Below, in pieces: positions 9,401-19,494 of a stretch of DNA of 64,000 nt. The DNA is from Aquisalinus sp. (GTDB taxonomy: Bacteria; Pseudomonadota; Alphaproteobacteria; Caulobacterales; Parvularculaceae), in the NCBI GenBank assembly GCA_022763115.1, contig JALEGJ010000047.1, positions 17,979 through 81,978 on the forward strand, in the 5' to 3' direction. Below the pieces are notes generated by a model. The model was not told the origin of the DNA and did not search any database. It saw only the letters and a program-made list of their open reading frames with translations. The position numbers and the translations under genes were made by a program. How positions within the stretch are numbered: position 1 is the first letter of the stretch; every line of letters starts with the position of its first letter.

Positions 9401-9996
9401 GTCAGTGATCCTGGTACATTTTTTCCTGATAAAAATTTCAATAAAGGTATTAAAGGCAATCCGAGAATTGAAAAATAGTCTCCCTCAATTTTTGACAACA
9501 ATTGTATACCAGTGTTTTCAAGTTGATAGGCCCCTACAGAAGATAAAACATCTGTTCCTGTTCTGGACAGATATTCTTCAATAGTATGATCATCCAGATG
9601 TTTCATAGTCAAAATGGGCTCTTCAGTATGAGCCCAGATAACCTCATCATTTTGTGCAATACATATACTCGTATGGAGAAAATGAGATTTACCAGAAAAT
9701 TCTTTCAGGCGTGCGAACGCCTCAGAAAGGTCTTCGGGTTTATCATAGCTCTTCCCATCAAGCCCAAGTATCTGATCAGCACCAACAACCATTGCATCAG
9801 GGTATTGTTGACTAACCTTTAGAGCTTTTTGCTCCGCAAGCCTCATCGCCACTTTCAAAGGTTTCTCGCCAAACATTTCTCTCTTGATGATATCTTCGTC
9901 AACACCACTATCAATTGCTTCAAATGACAAGCCTGCATTGCGCAATAACGCGTTTCGCGCCATGCTCTTTGAAGCTAGGATAAGGGAGACGTTCAT
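9397..9996 (-). CDS. maf: Maf-like nucleoside triphosphate pyrophosphatase
   Basis: LILASKSMARNALLRNAGL...VVGADQIL...GAYQLE is the Maf family signature. It overlaps the aroE start by 4 nt. Confidence 0.9.
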   Translation of the reverse strand: MNVSLILASKSMARNALLRNAGLSFEAIDSGVDEDIIKREMFGEKPLKVAMRLAEQKALKVSQQYPDAMVVGADQILGLDGKSYDKPEDLSEAFARLKEFSGKSHFLHTSICIAQNDEVIWAHTEEPILTMKHLDDHTIEEYLSRTGTDVLSSVGAYQLENTGIQLLSKIEGDYFSILGLPLIPLLKFLSGKNVPGSLT

Positions 9997-10853
9997 TGTT
10001 TGCCTGCGCGTTTAGCGGATAATCTGGAGATAATTTCTGCTGCTGTTTCTTCCACCGACCTATTTGTAACATTAATGACCGGCCACCCCTTTCGGGCGAA
10101 CAGTCTTTTTGCCTTGGTAATTTCCTTACGGATCTCATCCTGGTCAGAGTATGATCCAGCATGATCAGTCGCATCGACGTTCTTTAATCGGGCACCACGG
10201 ATTTGGGCCAACCTGTCAGGCGCTGCTGTCAGGCCAACAACTAGCGGATGTCGCAAGTTCTCAAGTTCTGGTGGATGGTCCTGAGTGGGGACTAATGGTA
10301 CGTTTGCCGCTTTATAGCCACGGTTTGCCAAATACATACAGGTCGGCGTTTTTGACGTTCGACTGACACCAACCAACACAACATCAGCTGTCTCCAGATC
10401 CCATACCATCTGACCATCATCATGTGCGAGTGTATAATCTAGCGCCCCAATCCGCCGGAAATAGTCTTCATCAAGAGCATATTGTGCTCCTGTTCTTAAG
10501 GTCTGTTCCAGACCGAGATAATCGGCGAACGCATTCAGAAGTGGGTCAAGCACTGATATAGCGGGGACCTGTAGTTCTGCACATTTCACTTCGAGATGTC
10601 TGCGCAAGTCCGGGTCCACAATAGTGAACATAACCAATCCCGGAGAGCTTTCTATTCGAGCAAGAACCTGATTGAGTTGTTTCTTTGACCTAACAAGCGA
10701 TGACACATGCTCAAGAGGCTTTGCTGCATCAAACCGGGAACTGACTGACTTGAGAACCGTATTCAGGGTCTCCCCGGTAGAGTCAGATACGAGATGGACA
10801 TGAAAGTATGTCCTCGGTTTTTTTGCGATTACCGATGAAGTTGTGGACATCAT
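9993..10853 (-). CDS. Pyruvate, phosphate dikinase / PEP synthase regulatory protein (DUF299 kinase/pyrophosphorylase)
   Basis: HLVSDSTGETL and the P-loop VGVSRTSKTPTCMYLANRGYKAANVPLV. The start is trimmed to Met40 (10853) of ORF 9993..10970, because the longer N-terminus is not family-like. Confidence 0.88.
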   Translation of the reverse strand: MMSTTSSVIAKKPRTYFHVHLVSDSTGETLNTVLKSVSSRFDAAKPLEHVSSLVRSKKQLNQVLARIESSPGLVMFTIVDPDLRRHLEVKCAELQVPAISVLDPLLNAFADYLGLEQTLRTGAQYALDEDYFRRIGALDYTLAHDDGQMVWDLETADVVLVGVSRTSKTPTCMYLANRGYKAANVPLVPTQDHPPELENLRHPLVVGLTAAPDRLAQIRGARLKNVDATDHAGSYSDQDEIRKEITKAKRLFARKGWPVINVTNRSVEETAAEIISRLSAKRAGKQ

Positions 10854-11228
10854 GTGAATAAGCTCGATTGCATAGGTGAGACTTTTTTTGCAGCTGCCAG
10901 CATCGCACATTCGCCCCCAAACTCCATACCTTTCCGAATTAACCAAATGGAAAGATTTATCACCACGCAACTCAGGAGAAATTTATATTGAGAACTTAAT
11001 GTGCAGTTTTCCGCATCAGTATGCCGGGTAATACTCCGGTATGACCTCGTTTTTTTCACTTCCACACACATTCCACAATAGTGCATTACGTTGGATAAAA
11101 TGTTGGAAATATCTGGATTATTTTCCAAGGCCTGATACTCAACATTTTCAACAGGGTTATGAGTCTGATGATTTTATATTTATTGGATTTTAGAGAGATA
11201 CCCGTGGCCCTACCGGGAAGAGTATAAA
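10854..11228. other. Probable chromosomal replication origin (oriC, Caulobacter Cori-type location)
   Basis: A 375-bp AT-rich gap between the divergent DUF299 gene and hemE. It contains a cluster of degenerate DnaA-box-like 9-mers and conserved origin synteny, with parS/parAB 5-9 kb away. Confidence 0.6.
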
Positions 11229-12257
11229 ATGGATCATCAGTCTGCATTTATCCGAGCTATCAAAGGAGAGAAACTTAACCCAAAGCCTGTCTGGTTTATG
11301 CGTCAGGCAGGGCGGTATCTACCGGAATATCGGGAGAAGAGGGCTGAGGCAGGGTCTTTTCTGGATCTGTGTTTCAACCCGGAAATGGCAGCCGAAGTTA
11401 CGCTGCAGCCAATTCGCAGATTTGATCTTGATGCTGCAATTCTTTTCGCAGACATCCTGTTGCTGCCAATGTTTATGGGTCAGGAATTATCATTCGAGGC
11501 TGGTGAGGGACCAAGGTTAAAGCCCGCTCTTCAGGATGGGCCTGTGATTTTATCGCATGACAAATTACATGATGGCTTATCCCCTGTCATGGAAACGATC
11601 CGGCTATGTCGTGAGGGTCTATCAGAGGATAAGGCTTTGATTGGTTTTGCAGGCGCTCCGTGGACAGTTGCAACCTATATGATTGCTGGGCAAGGCGTGA
11701 AAGATCCATCTGCTCTTCGGGGCTACGCATATGAGAACCCGGAGAAGTTTGAGATCCTTATCCGCGAACTTGAAATTGCGACAATTGATTACCTTAGAAG
11801 ACAGATAAAGGCAGGCGTGAACGCTGTGCAATTATTTGAAAGCTGGGCTTCAGGGTTACCCGTAGAATTTCTGCGTGCTTTCTGCCTCGAGCCTGCCATG
11901 CGCATAGCGAGAGCCCTAAAAGCAGATTTTCCGGATATACCTGTTATTGCTTTTCCGAAGGGAGCCGGAGTTCAACTGAAGGAATATGCTGAGGCGGGGA
12001 TTTTTGATGCTGTCAGTCTTGGAACAGAAACAGATCCGGTCTGGGCATCCGAGACATTATCTCAGCATGTCTCTTTACAAGGTGGGCTTGATCCTCTTTT
12101 GGTCGTTCAGGGTGGCAAGCCGATGCTCAAGGCTGCAGAGAACCTGCTGAAGACTTTTGAGGATAAGGCTTACGTGTTCAATCTTGGTCATGGCTTTGTA
12201 CCGCAAACGCCACCCGATAATGTAGCGGAGCTTGTTAAGTTCATACGCGCATTCTGA
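11229..12257 (+). CDS. hemE: Uroporphyrinogen decarboxylase
   Basis: PVWFMRQAGRYLPEYR is the HemE signature. Full length, 342 aa. Confidence 0.96.
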   Translation: MDHQSAFIRAIKGEKLNPKPVWFMRQAGRYLPEYREKRAEAGSFLDLCFNPEMAAEVTLQPIRRFDLDAAILFADILLLPMFMGQELSFEAGEGPRLKPALQDGPVILSHDKLHDGLSPVMETIRLCREGLSEDKALIGFAGAPWTVATYMIAGQGVKDPSALRGYAYENPEKFEILIRELEIATIDYLRRQIKAGVNAVQLFESWASGLPVEFLRAFCLEPAMRIARALKADFPDIPVIAFPKGAGVQLKEYAEAGIFDAVSLGTETDPVWASETLSQHVSLQGGLDPLLVVQGGKPMLKAAENLLKTFEDKAYVFNLGHGFVPQTPPDNVAELVKFIRAF

Positions 12258-12278
12258 TAAGTTTGTTACGGATCAAAA

Positions 12279-12728
12279 ATGATGCAGGAATTTCTATTAC
12301 CATACTATAACTGGATAAAGTCGCTGCATCTGATTGCGGTTATCGCCTGGATGGCTGGCATGATGTATTTACCCAGGCTTTTTATCTATCATCATCAGGC
12401 TGAGCAGGCTGGAGAAGCCGCTGATTACTTTGTTGTGATGGAAAGGCGCCTCCTGAAAGGTATAATGAATCCGTCACTCATAGCAGTCTGGCTGCTAGGA
12501 TTGCTAATGCTTGCAGCTATACCTGCTTATGCGTCGTCAGGCTGGTTTATTATCAAGTTTATTGCAGTTGTCGGAATATCCGGGATTCACGGTTTCTATT
12601 CGGCCAGTCAGAAAAAATTTGCATCCGGCGAAAAACCGAGAACAGAGAAATTCTGGCGCATTATCAATGAAGTGCCTTTCATACTGCTGATAATTATTGT
12701 CATAATGGTCATTATAAAGCCGTTTTAA
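12279..12728 (+). CDS. hemJ: Protoporphyrinogen oxidase HemJ (UPF0093 membrane protein)
   Basis: WIKSLHLIAVIAWMAGMMYLPRLFIYH, a 4-TM protein. It sits next to hemE. Confidence 0.85.
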   Translation: MMQEFLLPYYNWIKSLHLIAVIAWMAGMMYLPRLFIYHHQAEQAGEAADYFVVMERRLLKGIMNPSLIAVWLLGLLMLAAIPAYASSGWFIIKFIAVVGISGIHGFYSASQKKFASGEKPRTEKFWRIINEVPFILLIIIVIMVIIKPF

Positions 12729-12873
12729 GCGGATTGCAGGCAGCCATTTGTTGTTTTGGGTGCAAAGCGTCTTGACCATCTTCAGGAAGTGATCATATTG
12801 AGGGCAACCGGAACTCTTCGGTTTCTTTCCATGCAAGATTCCTTTCTGCAGTGGCATTTTCCCAGGTAGACAT

Positions 12874-14145
12874 ATGATTCCCGAAAAAATTACGCTCGAT
12901 GAGCTTAAAGAAAAATCAGCGGCAGCGTTGCTGGAATTTGCTGAACAAGTTGGTGTTGAAAACGCATCTGCCAAACGAAAACAGGACATGCTTTTTGCCA
13001 TCCTGAAAGAACTGGCGGAAAACGAGTGTGAGATTACGGGCGGAGGTGTCCTTGAAGTGCTTCCGGACGGGTTCGGTTTTTTACGCTCCCCTGAAGCTAA
13101 CTATCTTGCTGGACCAGATGATATCTATGTTTCTCCCACGCAAATAAGAAAATTTTCGCTTAAAACCGGTGACACGGTCATTGGTGAAATTCGCAGTCCA
13201 AAAGACGGCGAGCGGTATTTTGCGCTGACCAAAGTGGGGACCATTAATTTCGAGGATCCTGAGAAAGCACGGCACAAAGTTCATTTTGATAATTTGACGC
13301 CGTTATATCCCGATCAACGTCTCCACATGGAAATCGAGAAAAAGGAAGGCAAGGACTTGTCTTCTCGGGTGATAGATTTGGTTGCACCCTTGGGTAAAGG
13401 TCAACGGGCCCTGATTGTGGCACCGCCGCGTACCGGTAAAACAGTTCTTCTCCAGAATATTGCTCATTCAATTACTGCCAATCATCCGGAGTGTTATCTG
13501 ATTGTGCTGCTTATAGATGAGCGGCCGGAAGAAGTGACAGACATGCAACGGTCAGTGAATGGCGAAGTTGTTTCTTCAACCTTTGATGAACCTGCAACGC
13601 GTCACGTACAAGTTTCAGAAATGGTAATTGAAAAGGCAAAACGGCTCGTTGAGCATGGGCGTGATGTAGTCATCCTTTTGGACTCCATTACACGCCTTGG
13701 GCGTGCTTATAACACTGTCGTTCCTTCATCAGGCAAGGTTTTGACAGGCGGTGTCGATGCTAATGCGTTGCAGCGACCAAAAAGGTTTTTTGGTGCTGCA
13801 CGGAACATTGAAGAAGGTGGCTCGCTTACCATCATCGCGACAGCCTTAATCGATACCGGCTCCAAGATGGATGAAGTCGTTTTCGAGGAATTCAAGGGAA
13901 CTGGTAACTCGGAAATTGTGCTGGATCGTAAAGTCGCTGACAAACGTACATGGCCATCTATCGACATCGCAAAGTCTGGTACACGCAAGGAAGACCTCCT
14001 GATAGCGCCTAATGATCTTCAGAAAATCTTTGTCCTGCGCCGTATTCTCTCTCCGATGGGTACAACTGATGCAATTGAATTCTTGCTGGACAAGTTACGG
14101 CAGACAAAGACCAATGCTGATTTCTTTGATTCAATGAATACCTGA
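12874..14145 (+). CDS. rho: Transcription termination factor Rho
   Basis: Rho N-terminal domain, RNA-binding domain (GFGFLR) and Walker A APPRTGKT. 423 aa. Confidence 0.97.
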   Translation: MIPEKITLDELKEKSAAALLEFAEQVGVENASAKRKQDMLFAILKELAENECEITGGGVLEVLPDGFGFLRSPEANYLAGPDDIYVSPTQIRKFSLKTGDTVIGEIRSPKDGERYFALTKVGTINFEDPEKARHKVHFDNLTPLYPDQRLHMEIEKKEGKDLSSRVIDLVAPLGKGQRALIVAPPRTGKTVLLQNIAHSITANHPECYLIVLLIDERPEEVTDMQRSVNGEVVSSTFDEPATRHVQVSEMVIEKAKRLVEHGRDVVILLDSITRLGRAYNTVVPSSGKVLTGGVDANALQRPKRFFGAARNIEEGGSLTIIATALIDTGSKMDEVVFEEFKGTGNSEIVLDRKVADKRTWPSIDIAKSGTRKEDLLIAPNDLQKIFVLRRILSPMGTTDAIEFLLDKLRQTKTNADFFDSMNT

Positions 14146-14502
14146 TTAGTGGTTCATCAGCGGACCAACAATCTCAATTTGATCTGTCATGATATAGCCG
14201 CCGAAACTATCCGGAACAGTCGTCAGCTTGCTCAGATGATTAATTCCTATGGCGGGGCTGTTGGGCTTTGGTGCAAGGGGGGAATTGTTATTCAACTATA
14301 TGGCAAAAACGAAGACACCAAATACGATAAAAGTGCGTTGCATTTTCCTCTCTTATGTCCGTGCTATAAGTGTTATGCCAAAGGAACTGTATTGAAGCCG
14401 AAATGAATAAGTCTGCCGACCTTATAATCGAAGCTCAATCATATGACATGATGTCAAAAACGCAGCTATAGTCAGTCTATACTGAGGTTATTTGGAGGAC
14501 TT

Positions 14503-14754
14503 ATGAAGCTTACGATCAATGTGGACTGTACCCCTGAGGAAGCGAGAGCCTTCTTCGGCTTGCCAGATGTTCGACCAGTCAATGAACTTCTCGTTACCAA
14601 CCTAGAGGCAAGAGTAAAAGAAGAGATAGACACCCTTTCTGATCCACAAAAGTACTTTGACCGTATGATGCAAATGGGGGGCGCTGGTGTCGATAACATG
14701 CAGAAGATGTTTGCAGGACTAATGGCAGCCGCTACGAAGCAGGATGGAAAATGA
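14503..14754 (+). CDS. Small conserved hypothetical protein (DUF6489-like, by recall)
   Basis: GGAGG Shine-Dalgarno 5 nt upstream. MKLTINVDCTPEEARAFFGLPDV resembles a small family found upstream of mnmE in alphaproteobacteria. It overlaps the mnmE start. Confidence 0.65.
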   Translation: MKLTINVDCTPEEARAFFGLPDVRPVNELLVTNLEARVKEEIDTLSDPQKYFDRMMQMGGAGVDNMQKMFAGLMAAATKQDGK

Positions 14755-16084
14755 TACGATTTTTGCCCTGTCTTCAGGAGCGGGAAAGGCCGGAGTTGCC
14801 GTCTTTCGACTTAGTGGTTCTGACGCCCTAAAGGTTCTGAACGATCTGGTCGGATATGAAGTGGGTGCCCGCACCGTCCACTATGCGAAATTATTTGCAC
14901 CCGGAACAAAAGAGTTAATTGATAGCGGCATTGTTTTTTGTTTTCGCGCACCAGCCAGTTTCACTGGTGAGGACATGGCTGAGTTGCAAGTACATGGGTC
15001 AATTGCTGTCATTGATGCTCTTTCGGAAATTCTTTGTGCGCAGGGTTTGCGCCCTGCGGAACCGGGTGAATTTACCCTGAGAGCTTTTGAAAACGGCAAG
15101 ATTGATCTCGCCCAGGCTGAAGCACTGGCCGATCTTATCGATGCCGAAACAACCCTTCAAAAACAACAGGCTTTGCAACAGGCAGACGGGCGCTTGTCAG
15201 CTGTTGCTGCAGACTGGAATATGCGGCTTCTGCAATCCCTTGCACCCTTGGAAGCAGGTATAGACTTTCCAGATGAAGAAGACGTGCCGGCGGAAATTGA
15301 AAGCAACGCTGTACCAGTGATTAATGCGTTCATAAGCGAATTGTCTGACTATCTTGAGGTGAGTAGCCAAGCAAAGCGGGTGCGTGAAGGTATCAGTATC
15401 GTTTTGCTCGGCAGACCTAATGCGGGCAAGTCCTCTCTGTTAAATTACCTGGCAAATAGTGAGGTCGCGATCGTGTCGGATACACCTGGCACGACGCGAG
15501 ATTTGGTTACGGTGCGACTTGATATTGAAGGTGTGCCAGTGACCATCATAGATACCGCAGGGTTACGCGAGGTGACTCACGACACTATAGAACTTGAGGG
15601 GATGCGCAGGGCGCGCGAGCGTGCCGGTCAGGCTGATATTCGGTTACTGCTCGTAGACGGTAGTCATACCTCACAGGAGCTGCATCAGCTCACCCGTGAA
15701 CTCCTAACTGGTGATGCCGTCATTTATACGAAAAGGGACCTGGAAGATCCGGTACCAGACCTAATGGTTGATGGTGTTGAACCTCTCTCTGCTTCAGTTG
15801 TGACTGGGCAGGGTATGATGGAATTGCGACAGTTCCTGAGCCGCCGCATTGTTGAATTATGCGGTGATGTCGAGGAGCCAAGACTCACAAGATTGCGTCA
15901 TGTTCATGCGGTGCAAAATGCACGTGAGGCCCTGATAAGGTCTCTGGAGCGGATTAATATGCATCCGGAACTCGCGGCAGAGGATGTACGCCTTGCAATG
16001 CGACATCTTGGATCAATCACTGGAAAGGTCGATGTTGAAGATATACTGGGAGAAATCTTTTCTTCATTCTGCATCGGCAAGTAA
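14744..16084 (+). CDS. mnmE: tRNA modification GTPase MnmE
   Basis: TIFALSSGAGKAGVAVFRLSG, G1 motif GRPNAGKSSL, and the C-terminal FCIGK motif. Confidence 0.96.
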   Translation: MENDTIFALSSGAGKAGVAVFRLSGSDALKVLNDLVGYEVGARTVHYAKLFAPGTKELIDSGIVFCFRAPASFTGEDMAELQVHGSIAVIDALSEILCAQGLRPAEPGEFTLRAFENGKIDLAQAEALADLIDAETTLQKQQALQQADGRLSAVAADWNMRLLQSLAPLEAGIDFPDEEDVPAEIESNAVPVINAFISELSDYLEVSSQAKRVREGISIVLLGRPNAGKSSLLNYLANSEVAIVSDTPGTTRDLVTVRLDIEGVPVTIIDTAGLREVTHDTIELEGMRRARERAGQADIRLLLVDGSHTSQELHQLTRELLTGDAVIYTKRDLEDPVPDLMVDGVEPLSASVVTGQGMMELRQFLSRRIVELCGDVEEPRLTRLRHVHAVQNAREALIRSLERINMHPELAAEDVRLAMRHLGSITGKVDVEDILGEIFSSFCIGK

Positions 16085-16088
16085 CTCT

Positions 16089-16104
16089 TGTTTCACGTGA
16101 AACA
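16089..16104. promoter_or_regulatory. parS: parS centromere site (TGTTTCACGTGAAACA)
   Basis: Perfect 16-bp palindrome identical to the consensus ParB/Spo0J binding site. It lies in the mnmE-mnmG spacer. Confidence 0.85.
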
Positions 16105-16142
16105 TATTGCCAGATATGGGTTGTGAGACTTTGGTGAAGTGA

Positions 16143-18029
16143 ATGGTGAGTTCATCTGACTTTGATGTAGTTGTTATTGGTGGCGGACATGCGGGTTGCG
16201 AGGCTGCATCAGCTGCTGCGCGCATGGGTGCCAAGACCCTGCTGGCGACACACAAGCTTGAGACCATTGGTGAAATGTCCTGTAACCCTGCTATAGGTGG
16301 CCTGGGTAAAGGGCATCTCGTGCGTGAAATCGACGCCCTTGGTGGGTTGATGGCTCGAGTTATTGATCAGGCCGGTATCCAGTTTCGTATGCTCAATCGG
16401 TCAAAAGGTCCTGCGGTTCGGGGCCCCCGTGCACAAGCTGACCGGTCTCTATATAAGAAGCATATGCAGGCCCTTCTGACGGCTGAAGAAAATCTCAGCA
16501 TAAAGGCATGCGCCATTGAAGACCTGATCGTTAAAGATGCGCGATGTGTCGGCGTTATCACCGATAATGGTGAGCACATTCGCGCAGGTGCGGTGGTTTT
16601 GACGACTGGCACCTTTCTTAAGGGTATGATTCATATCGGCGATAAACGCATACCGGCAGGCCGTGTTGATGAAAAGCCGTCAATTGGACTTTCAGAAAGA
16701 TTGTACAGTTTTGACTTGAGAATGGGGCGCCTGAAAACGGGTACACCGGCACGCTTAGATGGCAGGACGATAGATTGGCAAAGTCTTGAGATGCAGCCAG
16801 CTGACGAAAAACCTGTGCCTTTTTCTTTCATGACAGATGAAATTAAAGTACCCCAGATTTCGTGTGGTATTACACACACCACAGCGAAAACTCACCAGGT
16901 CATCGCGGATAACCTGGAGAAGTCTGCGGTGTATAGTGGCAGTATAGCTGGGCGTGGACCTCGTTATTGCCCCTCAATTGAAGACAAGATTACGCGCTTT
17001 GCTGAGCGTGAAAGTCATCAGGTCTTTCTCGAGCCCGAGGGGCTGGGTGATCATCTCGTTTATCCCAATGGTATTTCGACGTCGCTGCCGGAAGACGTTC
17101 AAACAGCATTTCTGAAAACTATTCCTGGCTTGGAGCGAGCTGAGGTGGTTCGCTTTGGGTACGCTATAGAGTATGATTATGTTGATCCACGTGAACTGAC
17201 CCCAGCGTTGCAGGTGAAAAAGCTTCCAGGGTTGTTTTTGGCCGGGCAGATAAACGGTACGACGGGATATGAGGAGGCAGGCGCACAAGGTCTTATGGCG
17301 GGATTGAATGCAGCCATTGCTGTCTCTGGCGGAGAAGCATTCATCCTTGATCGTTCGCAGGCTTATATTGGCGTAATGATTGATGACCTTGTTACGCGCG
17401 GCGTAACCGAGCCGTACCGAATGTTCACGTCACGCGCTGAGTATCGCTTGTCACTGCGCGCCGACAATGCGGATCAACGCCTCACACCCTTGGGCCTGAA
17501 TCTGGGCTGTGTTGACGACGTCAGGTCAAGAGTGTTTCACGTGAAACATGCGCAACTGGAACAGGCGAGGGCTTGGGCGAGTTCAACATTGATGACACCT
17601 AACGAGGCGCAGAAACATGGCATTAAAGTTAATCAGGATGGACGCAAGCGCAGTGTCATGGAGTATCTGGCCTATCCGGATGTAACAGCCGATCGATTGA
17701 AGCCAATCTGGCCCCGGCTCGACGATTGGGCGGATACAATAGTTGAGCAGCTTGAGATAGATGCAGTATATGCCGGATATATGGAGCGGCAGAAGTCGGA
17801 CATTGCCGCCTTTCGCAAGGATGAAAACCTGCAAATTCCGGCTGGATTCTCATACGATGGCATTCCCGGTCTATCGAATGAGGTTCGGCAGAAGTTGCAG
17901 GAGGCGCAACCTTCGACAATTGGCCAGGCCGGGAGAATTGAAGGCGTAACGCCAGCGGCTTTGGCCCTGGTGTTGGCGAACATCAAGAAAGGGCGACCGG
18001 TTCAGGCTGCAGGTTCCATCAATGGCTAA
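16143..18029 (+). CDS. mnmG: tRNA uridine 5-carboxymethylaminomethyl modification enzyme MnmG
   Basis: FAD motif [15 protein letters not shown]. GidA family, 628 aa. Confidence 0.97.
   Translation: MVSSSDFDVVVIGGGHAGCEAASAAARMGAKTLLATHKLETIGEMSCNPAIGGLGKGHLVREIDALGGLMARVIDQAGIQFRMLNRSKGPAVRGPRAQADRSLYKKHMQALLTAEENLSIKACAIEDLIVKDARCVGVITDNGEHIRAGAVVLTTGTFLKGMIHIGDKRIPAGRVDEKPSIGLSERLYSFDLRMGRLKTGTPARLDGRTIDWQSLEMQPADEKPVPFSFMTDEIKVPQISCGITHTTAKTHQVIADNLEKSAVYSGSIAGRGPRYCPSIEDKITRFAERESHQVFLEPEGLGDHLVYPNGISTSLPEDVQTAFLKTIPGLERAEVVRFGYAIEYDYVDPRELTPALQVKKLPGLFLAGQINGTTGYEEAGAQGLMAGLNAAIAVSGGEAFILDRSQAYIGVMIDDLVTRGVTEPYRMFTSRAEYRLSLRADNADQRLTPLGLNLGCVDDVRSRVFHVKHAQLEQARAWASSTLMTPNEAQKHGIKVNQDGRKRSVMEYLAYPDVTADRLKPIWPRLDDWADTIVEQLEIDAVYAGYMERQKSDIAAFRKDENLQIPAGFSYDGIPGLSNEVRQKLQEAQPSTIGQAGRIEGVTPAALALVLANIKKGRPVQAAGSING
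17533..17548. promoter_or_regulatory. parS: parS centromere site (TGTTTCACGTGAAACA) inside mnmG
   Basis: Second perfect copy of the 16-bp consensus. It encodes VFHVKH within MnmG. Confidence 0.85.
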
Positions 18030-18669
18030 GAGTTTATCAGGGCCCGATCTTTTCTTTAATACCTATGAGACTTCAGAGAGAACACGAGACAGTCTGTTGT
18101 TGTTTGACCAGCTCTTTCTTGACTGGAGCGGGCGTCTCAATCTGGTAGCAAGGTCAACCCTGCCTGACAGGTGGCAGCGGCATTATCTGGATTCAGCCCA
18201 ACTTCGACCGCTGATACCTTCGGCCGCAAAGGTAGTTATGGATTTTGGTAGCGGGGCTGGTTTCCCCGGGTTGTTCTTGGCTATCCTGTCGGCTGATGAT
18301 CCGGCCCGGCAATCTCATGATTTCTTTCTTGTTGAAAGCATCGCAAAAAAATGTGCCTTTTTGCGAGAGGTCATAACAGTGCTGGGTCTGCAAAATGTCA
18401 CGGTTCTGAACCAACGAATAGAAACTATCAGTGAGCCTGAAAAGGCAGATATAATAACAGCCAGAGCCTTGGCCGATCTGGACACTCTTTGTGAGTATGG
18501 CCACCGATTTATGCACAAGACATCAAAATGTCTTTTCCAGAAGGGCGAACGAGCGCAAGAAGAAATCGAGGTGGCTCAAAGAAAATGGTCTTTCGATGTT
18601 ACGAGCCACAACAGCCTGACGCATAAGGCAGCTGCCATACTTGAAATCAGGAATCTAAAACGTGTCTGA
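18022..18669 (+). CDS. rsmG: 16S rRNA (guanine527-N7)-methyltransferase RsmG
   Basis: SAM motif [11 protein letters not shown]. GidB family, in its usual position between mnmG and parA. Confidence 0.93.
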   Translation: MAKSLSGPDLFFNTYETSERTRDSLLLFDQLFLDWSGRLNLVARSTLPDRWQRHYLDSAQLRPLIPSAAKVVMDFGSGAGFPGLFLAILSADDPARQSHDFFLVESIAKKCAFLREVITVLGLQNVTVLNQRIETISEPEKADIITARALADLDTLCEYGHRFMHKTSKCLFQKGERAQEEIEVAQRKWSFDVTSHNSLTHKAAAILEIRNLKRV

Positions 18670-19483
18670 AAAAGAGCCTTCTCTGAAATCTGGCCATACC
18701 GCTCCTGTCCGAGTACTTTCTGTGGCTAATCAGAAGGGTGGTGTCGGTAAAACAACTACGGCGATCAATCTTGGTACCGCACTCGCAGCCGTCGGTGAGA
18801 AGGTCTTGATTATCGACCTTGATCCTCAGGGTAATGCGTCCACCGGTCTTGGCCTGGATACAAGTCGCCGCAAGGTTACGACTTATGATGTCATTATGGG
18901 CGAGGCAAAACTGGCTGATGCGGTTCAGCCAACCAATGTCCCGAGGCTTAATATGGCGCCAGCTGGCGTCAATTTGGCTGGTGCAGAAATTGAGTTGATC
19001 GAAGAGGAAAACCGACATTTCTGTCTTTCCAGGGCCATAGAGCAATTTGTGACAAGCAATCCGGACATAACTTACATCATGATTGATTGTCCGCCGTCAC
19101 TCAGTCTGCTGACGATTAATGCGATGGCTGCTTCCGACGCCGTAATTGTGCCGCTGCAATGCGAGTTTTTCGCCCTGGAGGGATTATCTCAAATTCTGCG
19201 AACTATCGAAAAGGTGCGCGAGAGAATAAACCCGACTCTTGAGCTGCAGGGTATTGTTCTGACGATGTATGACCGGCGTAATAATCTATCGCAGCAAGTT
19301 GAGGAGGATGTGCGTGCGCATATGGGTGCGAAGGTTTATCAAACCGCAATTCCACGCAACGTACGGATCTCGGAAGCGCCTTCGCACGGTAAGCCAGCAT
19401 TGCTTTACGATCTGAAATGTACTGGCAGTCAGGCCTATCTCAGGCTGGCGAGTGAGGTTATCCAGCGAGAACGCGCGGCTTAA
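18662..19483 (+). CDS. parA: Chromosome partitioning ATPase ParA
   Basis: Deviant Walker A NQKGGVGKTTTAINL. GTG start overlapping rsmG. Confidence 0.95.
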   Translation: MSEKEPSLKSGHTAPVRVLSVANQKGGVGKTTTAINLGTALAAVGEKVLIIDLDPQGNASTGLGLDTSRRKVTTYDVIMGEAKLADAVQPTNVPRLNMAPAGVNLAGAEIELIEEENRHFCLSRAIEQFVTSNPDITYIMIDCPPSLSLLTINAMAASDAVIVPLQCEFFALEGLSQILRTIEKVRERINPTLELQGIVLTMYDRRNNLSQQVEEDVRAHMGAKVYQTAIPRNVRISEAPSHGKPALLYDLKCTGSQAYLRLASEVIQRERAA

Positions 19484-19494
19484 GGAGGGACGAA

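Noticed and set aside
10850-11128. 92-aa ORF on the minus strand inside the putative origin gap.
   Set aside because: It lies in AT-rich non-coding-looking DNA full of DnaA-box-like repeats. It has no Shine-Dalgarno site and an implausible sequence, so it is treated as spurious.
14149-14406. 85-aa ORF immediately after the rho stop.
   Set aside because: The GTG start abuts the rho stop without a ribosome-binding site. The composition is Cys/Lys/Asn-rich and no family was recognised.
17183-17198. TGATCCACGTGAACTG and other CACGTG-containing sites (for example near 52131 and 55505) as additional parS sites.
   Set aside because: They have five or more mismatches to the 16-bp consensus outside the CACGTG core.
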